This document shows, one piece after another, positions 1 to 9,714 of a DNA stretch of 36,263 nucleotides. Origin of the DNA: a virus. Taxonomy: Duplodnaviria; Caudoviricetes. How positions within the stretch are numbered: position 1 is the first letter of the stretch; every line of letters starts with the position of its first letter. The position numbers were made by a program, and so were the translations under genes. The DNA lies in IMG/VR virus record IMGVR_UViG_3300034418_007203, positions 1 to 36,263 of that record; one strand, 5' to 3'. The notes under the pieces are model-generated. The model had not been told where the DNA came from. It saw only the letters and a program-made list of their open reading frames with translations, and did no database searches.

Positions 1-3000
1 TTTTACGAGCAGACTCCAGCTTCACGATTCCTTTGTATCGATCATCAGACTTGTTGTCTGACGCTTTTCTTTCTTTGTACAGCTGAGAAACTGTGTTTGC
101 GTTCTCTACGTAAACGTCTGAGTCATAGTACTTTGAGAACTCACCGTATACTTTTCTCAAGAATGGGAAGTCATTTGCTTTCATCTGCACCTTCTCTCCC
201 TCCTTGATGGTTTCGTAAAGGTCTCTGCTCGTGCCTACCGTTCGTGTAACGAACTGACCAGCACCACCGATGTAATATTCGAATCCATACCAGAACTTAT
301 CTGGGTTGAAGTCAACTTTACCTGGGACAAATTCGCTACCGCCTGTAGCTTCATTCATCCATTGGAAGAACTTACGTACACCCTCAGGCGATCGGAACGA
401 CATCTCCGCTTCTGGCTTAGGTGCTCCGACTGGGAACTGCTCTTTGTATACCGAGCTTCCGAAGTAGCTCTCATTGACTGCGATATCTACGAGTGGCTTA
501 AAGATCGTAGGTGTGGCACCCTTAGCTAGGTACTTGGCCGCATCCTTGGACTGACCAAAACTGATTGGCGAGAACGAGCTAAAGGCTGAGTTAAGCAAGA
601 ACATACCAGCATCCGTCATGTCTCTCTGTCCGCCTGCTACCTCGGCCATAGCGCTACCCATGTTGGCAAATACGTTGAAACCATATGGAAGCGGGATCTT
701 CAGATAGTTCTGACCATCATACATGATGATGAGGTTGCGCTCCTTCTCGTAGTCAGGGATTTTGTTGTAGAACAACACACCATCCTCGTCTTCGTCGCTC
801 ATAGCGAGGTTGAGAGCCGTGAGCATACCCGTAGTCAGTGACAAACCGAACGCCATCTTCTGTGCGGCGTTGAGGCGGTTGTGCCATGATTCCAGCTCAC
901 CGTTAGGCTTGCGTATATCCTTCAGGGTGCCGAGGGAGCGAGCGAGTCTTACAGTGCCCTGTACCGAAGCGTTGAAGAACATGTACCATGCGTTAGCTAC
1001 AGCACCTAGTTCACCTGAGCGGTTGAAGTTTACTGTGATGTTCTTAGCAAGCTCAGCAGCTTTCTCTCTGCTAGCACCAGCCTTACGTGCCTCCATGTAT
1101 GCAGCGAGACGGATAGAGTTCTCGAACGCATCGTTCACATTCTCTACAACGTCAATGCTGTTTTTCATCATCCACTCTCGCGCCTTCTGAGCCTTGTTCT
1201 TTTCGTTTACTTCTGCTTCGATCTCAGCGGCGATAGTGCCTACGTCCTTTACGAATCCCCATCCTGTCTGTCCTCCATCTTCTTTGAATTCCTCGAAGTA
1301 CGCAGCCATCTCTGGGTCCATGTCTTTACCAACAGCATCTTTCAACAGTGCTGGCAGTGTCTTCTTTACAGTCTGGATAATCTTCGTAGCGATGTACTTA
1401 GATTGAATCTGACCTCCTGGGATGTCTGCTTCTGCCATGGCGTTGAACAGCGCTGACTGGATATCCCTTGCGAAGTTGGAAATGATAAATTCAGGGTTAG
1501 CCGTAGTGAACGAACGTCTCAGGAACCCAGAGAATGACCGCATCACCTTGCTGAAGAGGTCGAGCTTCTCAACCCCCATGTTCTTCAAAGCCTTCGCGTG
1601 ATCGGCATTGGTGAAGACGATGAACTTCTGGTCACCGTTCACACGTACACCGACAGCGCTCTGCGCATCAAACGGAACCTCGCTAGAAATCTTCCACACC
1701 TTAGTGTTTGGATTGGATTCGACGAGATTATAAAGTGATGATAGTGCTTCGTTCTTACGTGCCTTGGCGTGAACCGCTGCGTTCTGTGCGATAGCCTGAG
1801 CCAGCACGTTATTGGCTTCACTGGCACGACCTCTAGCTCTACGTGTAGTGTCACCGTAGATGCTCATGCCTGCTCCACCCGTTGGGTATAGCGACGTGTC
1901 CGCGCTCATCTCGTCAGCTGACAGACCTCCAAGAGGGACGTAGTTATCGAACATCGCTTCGAATGCGTCGATAGTCTCTTGACTCTCCAGTCCGAACTTG
2001 ACCATAGTCTGTCGGGTGTCCTTGGTGATGGCATCTACCTTCTTAGCGATAGATTCGAGAGCAGCTTTCTTCTCTGGACTAAAGCTGTCCATTACTTCCT
2101 GGGCTCTCTCGTTGCTCATACCACTACCACTCAAGGTCTCCCCATCGGTACGCTCTGCAATCAAGGCGTTACGTTCTTCTGCGTGTCGAGCAATCAAGAA
2201 CTGCGATACATCCTCACCGATCAGGCCAGCATCCTTCATCTCCTGAGAGATGACCTTCACCTTCTCGTCCAGCTTCTCAAGGTCGTTAGCCGTCTTACCG
2301 TACATCAACGTCTCTGCATTGATGAAGTCCTGAGAGATATCTACAACAGCTTTCTTCGCCCCCTCGATAGCTCTTTGCAAACTGAATACGTTGGCGTACT
2401 TGTTAGCGAACAACTGGTCTACACGGGCCATGAATGCTTGGAAAGCGTTCAGGTTATTTGGTTCAAACGGAAGGTCCGTAGAAGGGTCTTTAGGTAACGC
2501 GAGGTCTATTGACTCTTGAGTACCTACGTTTCTGGTTACTTCAGCCCCCAGCAAACTTCTTTCAGAAGCTTTCACGGCGCTCCTAATGCTGTCTCTTTCT
2601 TTCTTTGCAGCGTCTCTTTTTGTTAACCTCTTTAAATAGGCTTCTTCTGATTTGTTTAGATTCTCATTATTAATGAGTTGCACTTCATCTCTTTCTGTTA
2701 AAAGGTTTCCTTTTCTGTTTTCCAAAATAGAAGAATACAAAGCTTCAACTTTTTGCCTAGATGAATCACTTATTCTTGCACTCTTAACAGCGTCCCTTGC
2801 TTTTTGTAAAGCTTTTTCAGCTGCTGAAACCTCCTGCCCAATGTTTTTGCCTTTTTTCGCCCCCTTCCTTTTAAAAGCGCTCAGCAAATCAAGCCAGGTC
2901 AGTCTTTTTTCTGGCTGAAATTCCTTTATAGAGCCCTCCTTTACTTTAAGTCCAGCGGGGAAAGCCAAATCTTTCCTAGAGGGAAGGACTTCAATATCAA

Positions 3001-6000
3001 CTCCATCAAGCTCTAAGTCCCCATCTAGTATTACTAGTTCGTATGAGTACTCCTTAATCAAAGGCATTGTGCCTACCAACCCTTCTTTTGCAAGGTCTGA
3101 TTGCTTAAGGTCCCTTATTGAATTAAGTTGATTTATGCTTTTCGAACCGAATGCAGTGCCTGTAACAAAACTAAACACACTGTTTCGGGTGGTCATGGAC
3201 TCGGTGTTATTGGCTCTTTTAAGCGTTTCTATAAATGCAGCCTTAGTTTGAGGCACCGCAAATCTATTGGCTACTCTGCCTGACTTCACACCTATTGTAA
3301 CGTTTTTAAACCCTTCAGGTCGTTTTACACCAAGACCTTTTAGCTGTGCGGCAATCAACAATGTTTTTAGTCTTGGTTGCTTTTTGGGATCTTTCAATAA
3401 AGAGTTAAAAATCTCAACAACTTCACTATCTGTAAGGTCGCTTTCCTCTATCAGCTTAATAACCTCCTGGCAAACTCTTTTGTTACTCAACATTGAGTCC
3501 TCTCCCATAACAACAGGGGCTACGAAGATGGTTCCCTTCAATGAATCGTCTCCTTCCTTTCTTCTTTTGTTGTAGTCATCAATAGCTCTCTGTCTGAGCT
3601 CATCAAGCCCCTGTTCAGCTTTTTCTTCTGTGGAGAAACTAAGCAAGTAGCCAAGAGGCGTGTCTTGATAAATACCAGACTCCCCCTCATAGTTTGTCCC
3701 GTCATACCCCACAACAGACAAAAACTTACCGATCATATCAATAAGTCTGATGGTTGGCAGCTCTCTTTTGGCGAAAGCGCTAGCATCAAAGATTAAATCA
3801 TCTGACTCAAGATCCACGCTCTCCAAAGATTGTGTGTCAGAGGGAACCTCTACCGACTGAACAGTGTCTGTTTGAGCGTCGGTAGCTACGTCTGAGTGTG
3901 CATCAATAGTAACCGTACCGTCACCATTGTTCCTCACGGTGAAAGCTAAGTCAGCTTCTTGAGTTGTTGGAATCAAGAACTCAAGGTTGTCCCCGAAGTC
4001 TCTCCCTAACTGATCGAGCTCATCCACATTCAAGCCATCAGTGAAGAATGTCTCGCTATAAACTACAGGTAATTCAGACTGCGAGTCTTGCTCCAAAAGC
4101 ATATTCTCGTTGTAGAATGCAAGCTCCCCTGTTTTTTCAATTTTGCGAATCTTGCCCACAGCAAACTTCAAAGCGGCACCTGCGTTCTTTCTTATGTCTA
4201 CATACCTGAGATACCTCTTCCTACGGTCCATAGAGGCTTCGGCCTTATCCATCTTTCTCTGCTGAGGAGTTCTCAGACGTGGCTCCATATCAATGATCTC
4301 ACCTGTTTCTCTGTCGCGCTTTGGCTTCGGTGGATTAATCTTCTTGATAGTACCGTCATCACCCGTATACGTGAATTGACCGATGTTGTTAGCCATCTTG
4401 CCGTTACCCGTCTCTTTCAGGTACCAGTTTCTGAAATGCCAGTAGTCATTGAAACGCAAACCGTTGGTCTGATAAGACTGTTGTCCCCCCATCTTATCCA
4501 AGTAGTAAACCCTGTAGTTAACCACCTTGTTGATGAGGTCTGGGTATGCTCTAGATGGCTTGCGCATGCCAAGGTCTCTAGATTCTGTTTCTGCCGCTCC
4601 CTCCACTGGTATTTCCTCTCTCTTAAACTCGGCCCCCTCATCTCTAGCCTGCTTAAACTCTTTGATGAAGTTGAGGAAATCGGTAGGTGTAATCTGCTCA
4701 CCCATGATGGCCTTCTCCAAACCAAACACGCGGAGGAAGGCTCTCAAAGCCCCCTCTATAAAACCTGGTTTTTTAGCTTCGGGCAAGGCGTTGATCAGGC
4801 GCTCAAGGGCGTTGGTAAGCTGTTCGTTTATCATGTCGCCTTCAGGCTTTCCTTCGTAAGTTGCCTCTACAGCAGCAAATATCTTTTTAGCCTCTGTTTC
4901 TAGCCCAACCCTTCTAGCCAGTCCAAGCAGCTCAGCCTTGTAGCGCTTCAAAGTGGCTACGTCAGCAGTGGTAAACGCCAGGTGCAGAAACTCGTGAGTA
5001 GGCGTATCGTAAACACCCTCCAGGTCCTCAGCTTCTGCCCCAGTAGCCATCTTTTCAAGATCCATATGAATGGTCTTGGTTGACTTATCTCTAAAGAATA
5101 CGCCTCTTCCTGTCTTCCCAGTAGCCTTCAAATAGCTGTCAGATGTCTTGTGAAGCACAACCTTGATCCCAAACCTTTTGAAGCCTCTCATCAGGTTGTT
5201 TACGGTGCCAATTACATCTCTGTACTTGCTCTTTACTCTGTCGTCTACATCTGCATCCTCGTCGATAGATGGAGCGAACTGATTGTCTGCATCTCCCTCA
5301 AGGCTGTTGTCTTCAGCAGCTTCTCTTCGTGCTTGCACATCCCCTTCAACCTCTCCTTGTTGATCCTGTGCATCATCGTCTTTGTTCTGTTCAGGCGAGT
5401 TAACAGCTTCAGCCGCCTCAAGAGAGGCTTTTTGGGCTCTAAGTTTACCTTCCAGTTCTTTCTGAGCAACCACCTCTGGGTCTGTATCTCTCTTATCTTT
5501 CCATACAGCAGCCTTTTCATTTCTAGCCTTAGCGATAGCTTCTACCTCAGCACCGTAAGCCCCCTCGAATGAATCAAACCCTGCTGCTTTTGCAGCTTGA
5601 TCTTCAAGTTGAATCTTCTTGTCTACAAGGGTTTTAATCTCTTCAAAAATAGACCCCTGAAACTCTGGATCATTTGAGGTCTTGTGCTGCATTACCCTCA
5701 AGTTGATAAGACCTTGGGTCCTTGCAATCTCATCAAATGCCTCTGGATCGGCTTGAGCGATAGCGTTGTACACTCTGGCTATAGCTGAGTTAGCCCCAGA
5801 AGTCTTCTTTACTTCTTCTTCTAGCCTTGCGAGAAGGTTTTCTTTTTCCTGTTTTGTTTTAGCTTCTTGGACTTGCTTAGCAAGCTCAGCGACTTTTTTC
5901 TTTTGAGCTACTACGTTTCTGCTGTTTACAGCAAGAGCAGCTTGAACTCCACCACCAAGGGCGCCAGAAGTAAGACCAGAGAAACCACCAAGTGCAACAC

Positions 6001-7669
6001 CAGCCTTAAATCCTTCGTATGCCCTTCTGAGCATTTCGTTCTGATCAAACACAGCTGTATCGTCACCGCCAGCTTGTCTTGCCTGAATCTCACTCCAGTA
6101 CTGTAAAGCGCCCGTAACACCCTCTGTGGCAGCCTCCTCCGTAATCCCTAAAAACGTTGATTTTAAAGTGTGCTTAGACCATTCCTCTACAGCGTTTTTC
6201 TGAAGTTTAAATATACCATGAGTCATGTCAGAGGCTTTCGCGCCTCTTCCAAGTATCCGACCAAGAACCATGGCTGGCAACAATTCAGCGGTAGACTGTT
6301 GTGAAAGATACCAGGCCCTTTCCGTTGCTGAAAGGTTATCGTACCAGTCTTGCCCTACGTTGTCTGAGTGCATCTGACCAGCAACCAACACATCGGCAAA
6401 AGCAAGCGTTCCAGTGTTTTTAATCCAGAAGTTCGCCGCCTGAGCGTTCTTCTTCATCTTCAAAACCTCTGCGGTAGATATGAACTTGTTGGTTTTAGGG
6501 TCAATAAATCTCTTTGCTCTCACTCCGTACTTGCCTGCCGCTTTAATTCCTGCGGTTTTAGCTAAGAATGCACCGCCTTTAGAGCCGATAGCCAAGTCCA
6601 GCAACAAAGGGGCTGAGTCAATCAGCATATCAAGGCTGGTATTCAGAACTGCGGGCAGATCATTGTTTAGAGCGCTACGATCAAGCATCGCCTGCATGTC
6701 TATATTGCTGACGTTTTTTTGCGCTCTCACCCACTCTCTCCTTGCCTCTGGGCTAGTAAATGCAGCCCAAAATAGCTCTTTCTCATTTTCTGGAGATATG
6801 CCAGCAGCCGCCTCAGTTGCCGTCCTTACCCTGTCTTCTTTTTGGTCTTCGATGAACTGTTCATCCTCCTCTGCTAAATTGCCTCCAGCAAGGTCATAAA
6901 TCGTGTTTGACAGGCTGAAAACAAAGTCATCCATGACGGCGACCGCGAGGTTTGCCCCCTTTCTACCGAGGTATCTCCCAGCATTAGCCAAGGGGTTGTC
7001 GGTGTACACGTCTCCAATACCTCCGCTTTCATCAAAGTCAAATCTTAAACCACGGTCGAGATAGAAAGCCTCTTCAAATTGAGCCATTTTTTCAGGGTCG
7101 TTCTTGATATAATCAGGAACTATCTGATTTAGCTCTCCGCCTAGGTCTGGATAGAAGTATGCGTTGTTAAATCTGTTCGTGTACTCTTTGTTCAGATCAT
7201 CTATCGCTTTATTTTTATTCTCCTCAAGAGAAAACGTAGAGGGGTCTTTGTACAGCTTTAGCTTGTCTGAATACCCAAGGAAGTTAGTGGCTTCCATGGC
7301 GCTGAGAAGATCAGCTTCGGGGTCTGCCGCGAAAAAATCACGAGGATTTACATCGTTTTCGATCAGCAGGTTGTTGAGTGCCGCCCTGTTGGTATCGTCG
7401 AATATCTTCCCGAACCTCTCATCGCCTATTAGATTATTGATTTCTTCACCATAATCTAAAAGCGTCTTCTCCTTTTCTGGCTCAGCTGGAGCAGCAGCCT
7501 GGTCCTGAGTAACAACGGCTTCAAACCCACTGTCATTAATCGTCATCAACGCTTTCGTTGATGTCTCCTTGTCTAATCCCAACAGATTAAACAAGTTTGA
7601 GGCTTGACTAGCGTTTAAACCCCTTTGTTGAGCGTATCTAGCGTAGTAGTTTGAATCCTTTCCATTCAT
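1..7669 (-). CDS. Giant (>=2556 aa, 3'-truncated by the window) virion/ejection large polyvalent protein with zincin HExxH motif and LPD38-like C-terminal region
   Basis: Read manually: ATG at 7669 (MNGKDSNYYARYAQQRG...), with the frame open to the window edge (...YKGIVKLESARK). Checkpoints at 7669, 4996, 4585, 3823, 2515 and 4 are all in the same frame. The ORF track lists no stop-terminated ORF in this frame. THEFLH lies at 4982-4999. C-terminal motifs NPEFIISNFARD, ENSIRLAAY, TVNFNRSG, YMFFNASVQG, IPDYEKERNLII and KIPLPYGF are typical of LPD38-containing proteins. A Gly/Ala-rich hydrophobic stretch lies near 5930-6150. Confidence 0.88.
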   Translation of the reverse strand, partial: MNGKDSNYYARYAQQRGLNASQASNLFNLLGLDKETSTKALMTINDSGFEAVVTQDQAAAPAEPEKEKTLLDYGEEINNLIGDERFGKIFDDTNRAALNNLLIENDVNPRDFFAADPEADLLSAMEATNFLGYSDKLKLYKDPSTFSLEENKNKAIDDLNKEYTNRFNNAYFYPDLGGELNQIVPDYIKNDPEKMAQFEEAFYLDRGLRFDFDESGGIGDVYTDNPLANAGRYLGRKGANLAVAVMDDFVFSLSNTIYDLAGGNLAEEDEQFIEDQKEDRVRTATEAAAGISPENEKELFWAAFTSPEARREWVRAQKNVSNIDMQAMLDRSALNNDLPAVLNTSLDMLIDSAPLLLDLAIGSKGGAFLAKTAGIKAAGKYGVRAKRFIDPKTNKFISTAEVLKMKKNAQAANFWIKNTGTLAFADVLVAGQMHSDNVGQDWYDNLSATERAWYLSQQSTAELLPAMVLGRILGRGAKASDMTHGIFKLQKNAVEEWSKHTLKSTFLGITEEAATEGVTGALQYWSEIQARQAGGDDTAVFDQNEMLRRAYEGFKAGVALGGFSGLTSGALGGGVQAALAVNSRNVVAQKKKVAELAKQVQEAKTKQEKENLLARLEEEVKKTSGANSAIARVYNAIAQADPEAFDEIARTQGLINLRVMQHKTSNDPEFQGSIFEEIKTLVDKKIQLEDQAAKAAGFDSFEGAYGAEVEAIAKARNEKAAVWKDKRDTDPEVVAQKELEGKLRAQKASLEAAEAVNSPEQNKDDDAQDQQGEVEGDVQARREAAEDNSLEGDADNQFAPSIDEDADVDDRVKSKYRDVIGTVNNLMRGFKRFGIKVVLHKTSDSYLKATGKTGRGVFFRDKSTKTIHMDLEKMATGAEAEDLEGVYDTPTHEFLHLAFTTADVATLKRYKAELLGLARRVGLETEAKKIFAAVEATYEGKPEGDMINEQLTNALERLINALPEAKKPGFIEGALRAFLRVFGLEKAIMGEQITPTDFLNFIKEFKQARDEGAEFKREEIPVEGAAETESRDLGMRKPSRAYPDLINKVVNYRVYYLDKMGGQQSYQTNGLRFNDYWHFRNWYLKETGNGKMANNIGQFTYTGDDGTIKKINPPKPKRDRETGEIIDMEPRLRTPQQRKMDKAEASMDRRKRYLRYVDIRKNAGAALKFAVGKIRKIEKTGELAFYNENMLLEQDSQSELPVVYSETFFTDGLNVDELDQLGRDFGDNLEFLIPTTQEADLAFTVRNNGDGTVTIDAHSDVATDAQTDTVQSVEVPSDTQSLESVDLESDDLIFDASAFAKRELPTIRLIDMIGKFLSVVGYDGTNYEGESGIYQDTPLGYLLSFSTEEKAEQGLDELRQRAIDDYNKRRKEGDDSLKGTIFVAPVVMGEDSMLSNKRVCQEVIKLIEESDLTDSEVVEIFNSLLKDPKKQPRLKTLLIAAQLKGLGVKRPEGFKNVTIGVKSGRVANRFAVPQTKAAFIETLKRANNTESMTTRNSVFSFVTGTAFGSKSINQLNSIRDLKQSDLAKEGLVGTMPLIKEYSYELVILDGDLELDGVDIEVLPSRKDLAFPAGLKVKEGSIKEFQPEKRLTWLDLLSAFKRKGAKKGKNIGQEVSAAEKALQKARDAVKSARISDSSRQKVEALYSSILENRKGNLLTERDEVQLINNENLNKSEEAYLKRLTKRDAAKKERDSIRSAVKASERSLLGAEVTRNVGTQESIDLALPKDPSTDLPFEPNNLNAFQAFMARVDQLFANKYANVFSLQRAIEGAKKAVVDISQDFINAETLMYGKTANDLEKLDEKVKVISQEMKDAGLIGEDVSQFLIARHAEERNALIAERTDGETLSGSGMSNERAQEVMDSFSPEKKAALESIAKKVDAITKDTRQTMVKFGLESQETIDAFEAMFDNYVPLGGLSADEMSADTSLYPTGGAGMSIYGDTTRRARGRASEANNVLAQAIAQNAAVHAKARKNEALSSLYNLVESNPNTKVWKISSEVPFDAQSAVGVRVNGDQKFIVFTNADHAKALKNMGVEKLDLFSKVMRSFSGFLRRSFTTANPEFIISNFARDIQSALFNAMAEADIPGGQIQSKYIATKIIQTVKKTLPALLKDAVGKDMDPEMAAYFEEFKEDGGQTGWGFVKDVGTIAAEIEAEVNEKNKAQKAREWMMKNSIDVVENVNDAFENSIRLAAYMEARKAGASREKAAELAKNITVNFNRSGELGAVANAWYMFFNASVQGTVRLARSLGTLKDIRKPNGELESWHNRLNAAQKMAFGLSLTTGMLTALNLAMSDEDEDGVLFYNKIPDYEKERNLIIMYDGQNYLKIPLPYGFNVFANMGSAMAEVAGGQRDMTDAGMFLLNSAFSSFSPISFGQSKDAAKYLAKGATPTIFKPLVDIAVNESYFGSSVYKEQFPVGAPKPEAEMSFRSPEGVRKFFQWMNEATGGSEFVPGKVDFNPDKFWYGFEYYIGGAGQFVTRTVGTSRDLYETIKEGEKVQMKANDFPFLRKVYGEFSKYYDSDVYVENANTVSQLYKERKASDNKSDDRYKGIVKLESARK

Positions 7670-7672
7670 AAA

Positions 7673-7681
7673 GCAAATATA
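7673..7681 (-). promoter_or_regulatory. Bacteroidota-type -7 promoter element (TATATTTGC), 3 nt before the ATG of the giant ORF
   Basis: Minus strand reads TATATTTGC-TTT-ATG. It matches TAnnTTTG and recurs in 5 other intergenic gaps. Confidence 0.75.
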
Positions 7682-7701
7682 ATCAATTCGCTACTGAAGG
7701 G

Positions 7702-9714
7702 TCAGGTCCCTATATTCACGTTGCCTTCTTCGTCGAGTGATACCTCCCTGCCTTGCCTTTGTGCCTCCTGAACCCCTGGGGGCAAACCCTCAACAAACGT
7801 TTCTTCTACGCCCTCAACCAAGAGTATTCTTTCTCTGAGCTCTCTCAGTTTGTCTTCATAGGAGTTAAGGCTTTTTAGCCTGTTCTGATTGACCTTATAA
7901 CTTGGTTGATTCTGCTCCTCCATTCTTTCCCTTGTGGCCCTAACAATCTCTTTATTGATAAGTCTATACTGCTCCTGGAGATCATCCACCTTCATTAGGT
8001 TGTCAGCAAATGATTGCATATCGTCTTTCAAGAACCCTGGCCGAGGAACCTGAACTCTACCTATATTTATAACTCCAGAAGTTCCTAGTCCTTGCAGATA
8101 CTCTAGATAGTCTCTTTCCTCCTTGGACTTAATGGTCTCTCCCTCTTCATTTTTCTTGGGTATGGGCTTTACTCCGTCTTGTTGCTTGTTATCTTCTTCG
8201 ACGACTTGCTGTCCAGACTCCTTTGCTCTAGCTCTCTCCCATCGAGTTTTGACTGCTCTGGCTCTAGACTCTTCACTAGAGGCGAATGAACGCTTTGCAA
8301 GGGCGGACATGACCTCATCCCCCAGTTGCATCCTTAAAGTCTCGTATTCGTCAGAATTAGCCTCGTAGATACGAGTAGTTCGACTGATTGTCTCTTCTTC
8401 TTCGTCGAGCTCTTCTACAGAGGCGTAAAGCTTTCCGTCACTCCCGATATTTACCGCTGTGATAGCAAGCTCATCGTTCTCCCCAAATACAACGTCGTCC
8501 TTCAACCTCATCAGCGACCTAAACCCAAGTGTAGAGTTCAAAGCCTCTTCTTTGAGAATGTTAAGTTTTTCATTCGGTTCGCCAGGCTCAAGGCCCATTT
8601 CTTTTCTGGCTCGTTCTTCTCCGTAGTACTTTGAAAACTCTTCTAGATTGCCCAGCAAGTCGTCTACAGCTCCAGCAGGACCAACTAAGTTAGCTCTATC
8701 CTCAAAGGACACCGCCATGCCGAGAGTCTGTTCTTCGACTCCTGGGGCTGCTTTATCCACTCTGATGCCTGAAGGCATATCCTCTGGGGTAAACACACCA
8801 GCAAAAGCCTTAGATAGCGCATCTCTTTCTGCTTTCTCAGCGGCGGCTAAAGAAGCAGCAACCTTTCTTTCTTTTGAGCTTCTCACTTGAGATACCTGCT
8901 GATCGGCAAACCAATTAACAGCCTCTTGGAATTCCTCTGGACTGTTGATGACTTGTGCTACCCTTGCTGTCAAGGCTGTTTCCGAGAACGTGGCGAGCTT
9001 CTCCCCTTTGTCCTGGAGCCAGTGCATAGCAATCGTCTGCTCCCACACTGCATCTCCTCGCGTACCAGCGATAACAGAGTCTTTTACTTGCTTTTCGAGG
9101 TCTGGCGACTGTAAATCAAAGATAGCTTCATTGGCTGTAGCCCAGTCGTCAAGACCTTTAATCTTCTCCATCTGCCCTTTCTTTCGAAAGAATAGAGGGT
9201 TTTCCCCAGAAAATGTTGGGTCCTGGAAGGCTGGCATATACTGGCCTTCTGCGCCCATGACCATAACCTGCATAGAGCTTGGGTCGAAGTATGTATTCGA
9301 ATAAGCAGAGGTGTACTCGTTGTACTTAGCCATGGCTTCATCGCCAGTTATATCGTAATCCAATGGATTCTCTGAAACCTTCCTGGCAGCATCAAGGTAA
9401 GCTGTATTTTTTGCTGAGGCGGCAGTAATGTACTGATTAGCCATCTGCATAGTGTTGTCAATCTTCCTCTTGAGGTCCGAACTAGGGTTCTGGGCATACT
9501 GGTCCATCATGCCTTCCACGGCCTCAGCATATGTCTGGGCCACCTGTCTTGACCTGTCGTCCAGACCCGCTGCGCTAGCCGCCATCTTGTTGGCATTTGT
9601 AGCGAACAGGTCTTGCTGGGCTTCGTTAGCCTTCTTCTCTGTCTCAAGCTTGGTAATGACTCCGCCCAGCGGATCAGCTGTAGTTGCTCCTATTCCCGAT
9701 CTTAATAATGCCAT
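7702..9714 (-). CDS. Putative internal virion/ejection protein (670 aa, helical, acidic)
   Basis: Long ORF between the tail gene cluster and the giant protein. It is rich in E/K/A helical segments and has a TAATG overlap with the upstream gene. Function is inferred from position only. Confidence 0.6.
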   Translation of the reverse strand: MALLRSGIGATTADPLGGVITKLETEKKANEAQQDLFATNANKMAASAAGLDDRSRQVAQTYAEAVEGMMDQYAQNPSSDLKRKIDNTMQMANQYITAASAKNTAYLDAARKVSENPLDYDITGDEAMAKYNEYTSAYSNTYFDPSSMQVMVMGAEGQYMPAFQDPTFSGENPLFFRKKGQMEKIKGLDDWATANEAIFDLQSPDLEKQVKDSVIAGTRGDAVWEQTIAMHWLQDKGEKLATFSETALTARVAQVINSPEEFQEAVNWFADQQVSQVRSSKERKVAASLAAAEKAERDALSKAFAGVFTPEDMPSGIRVDKAAPGVEEQTLGMAVSFEDRANLVGPAGAVDDLLGNLEEFSKYYGEERARKEMGLEPGEPNEKLNILKEEALNSTLGFRSLMRLKDDVVFGENDELAITAVNIGSDGKLYASVEELDEEEETISRTTRIYEANSDEYETLRMQLGDEVMSALAKRSFASSEESRARAVKTRWERARAKESGQQVVEEDNKQQDGVKPIPKKNEEGETIKSKEERDYLEYLQGLGTSGVINIGRVQVPRPGFLKDDMQSFADNLMKVDDLQEQYRLINKEIVRATRERMEEQNQPSYKVNQNRLKSLNSYEDKLRELRERILLVEGVEETFVEGLPPGVQEAQRQGREVSLDEEGNVNIGT

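Noticed and set aside
810-7454. Numerous plus-strand ORFs (e.g. 4088..4903, 1979..2497) and short alternative-frame minus ORFs
   Set aside because: All lie within the giant minus-strand ORF 7669..<1 and look like shadows. The region is not gene-poor or non-coding.
1-7669. Virion RNA polymerase as the identity of the giant ORF
   Set aside because: No DxDGD/DFDxD catalytic motif was seen in the visible part, and the motifs instead match zincin and LPD38-type regions. Only the unseen 3' remainder is untested.
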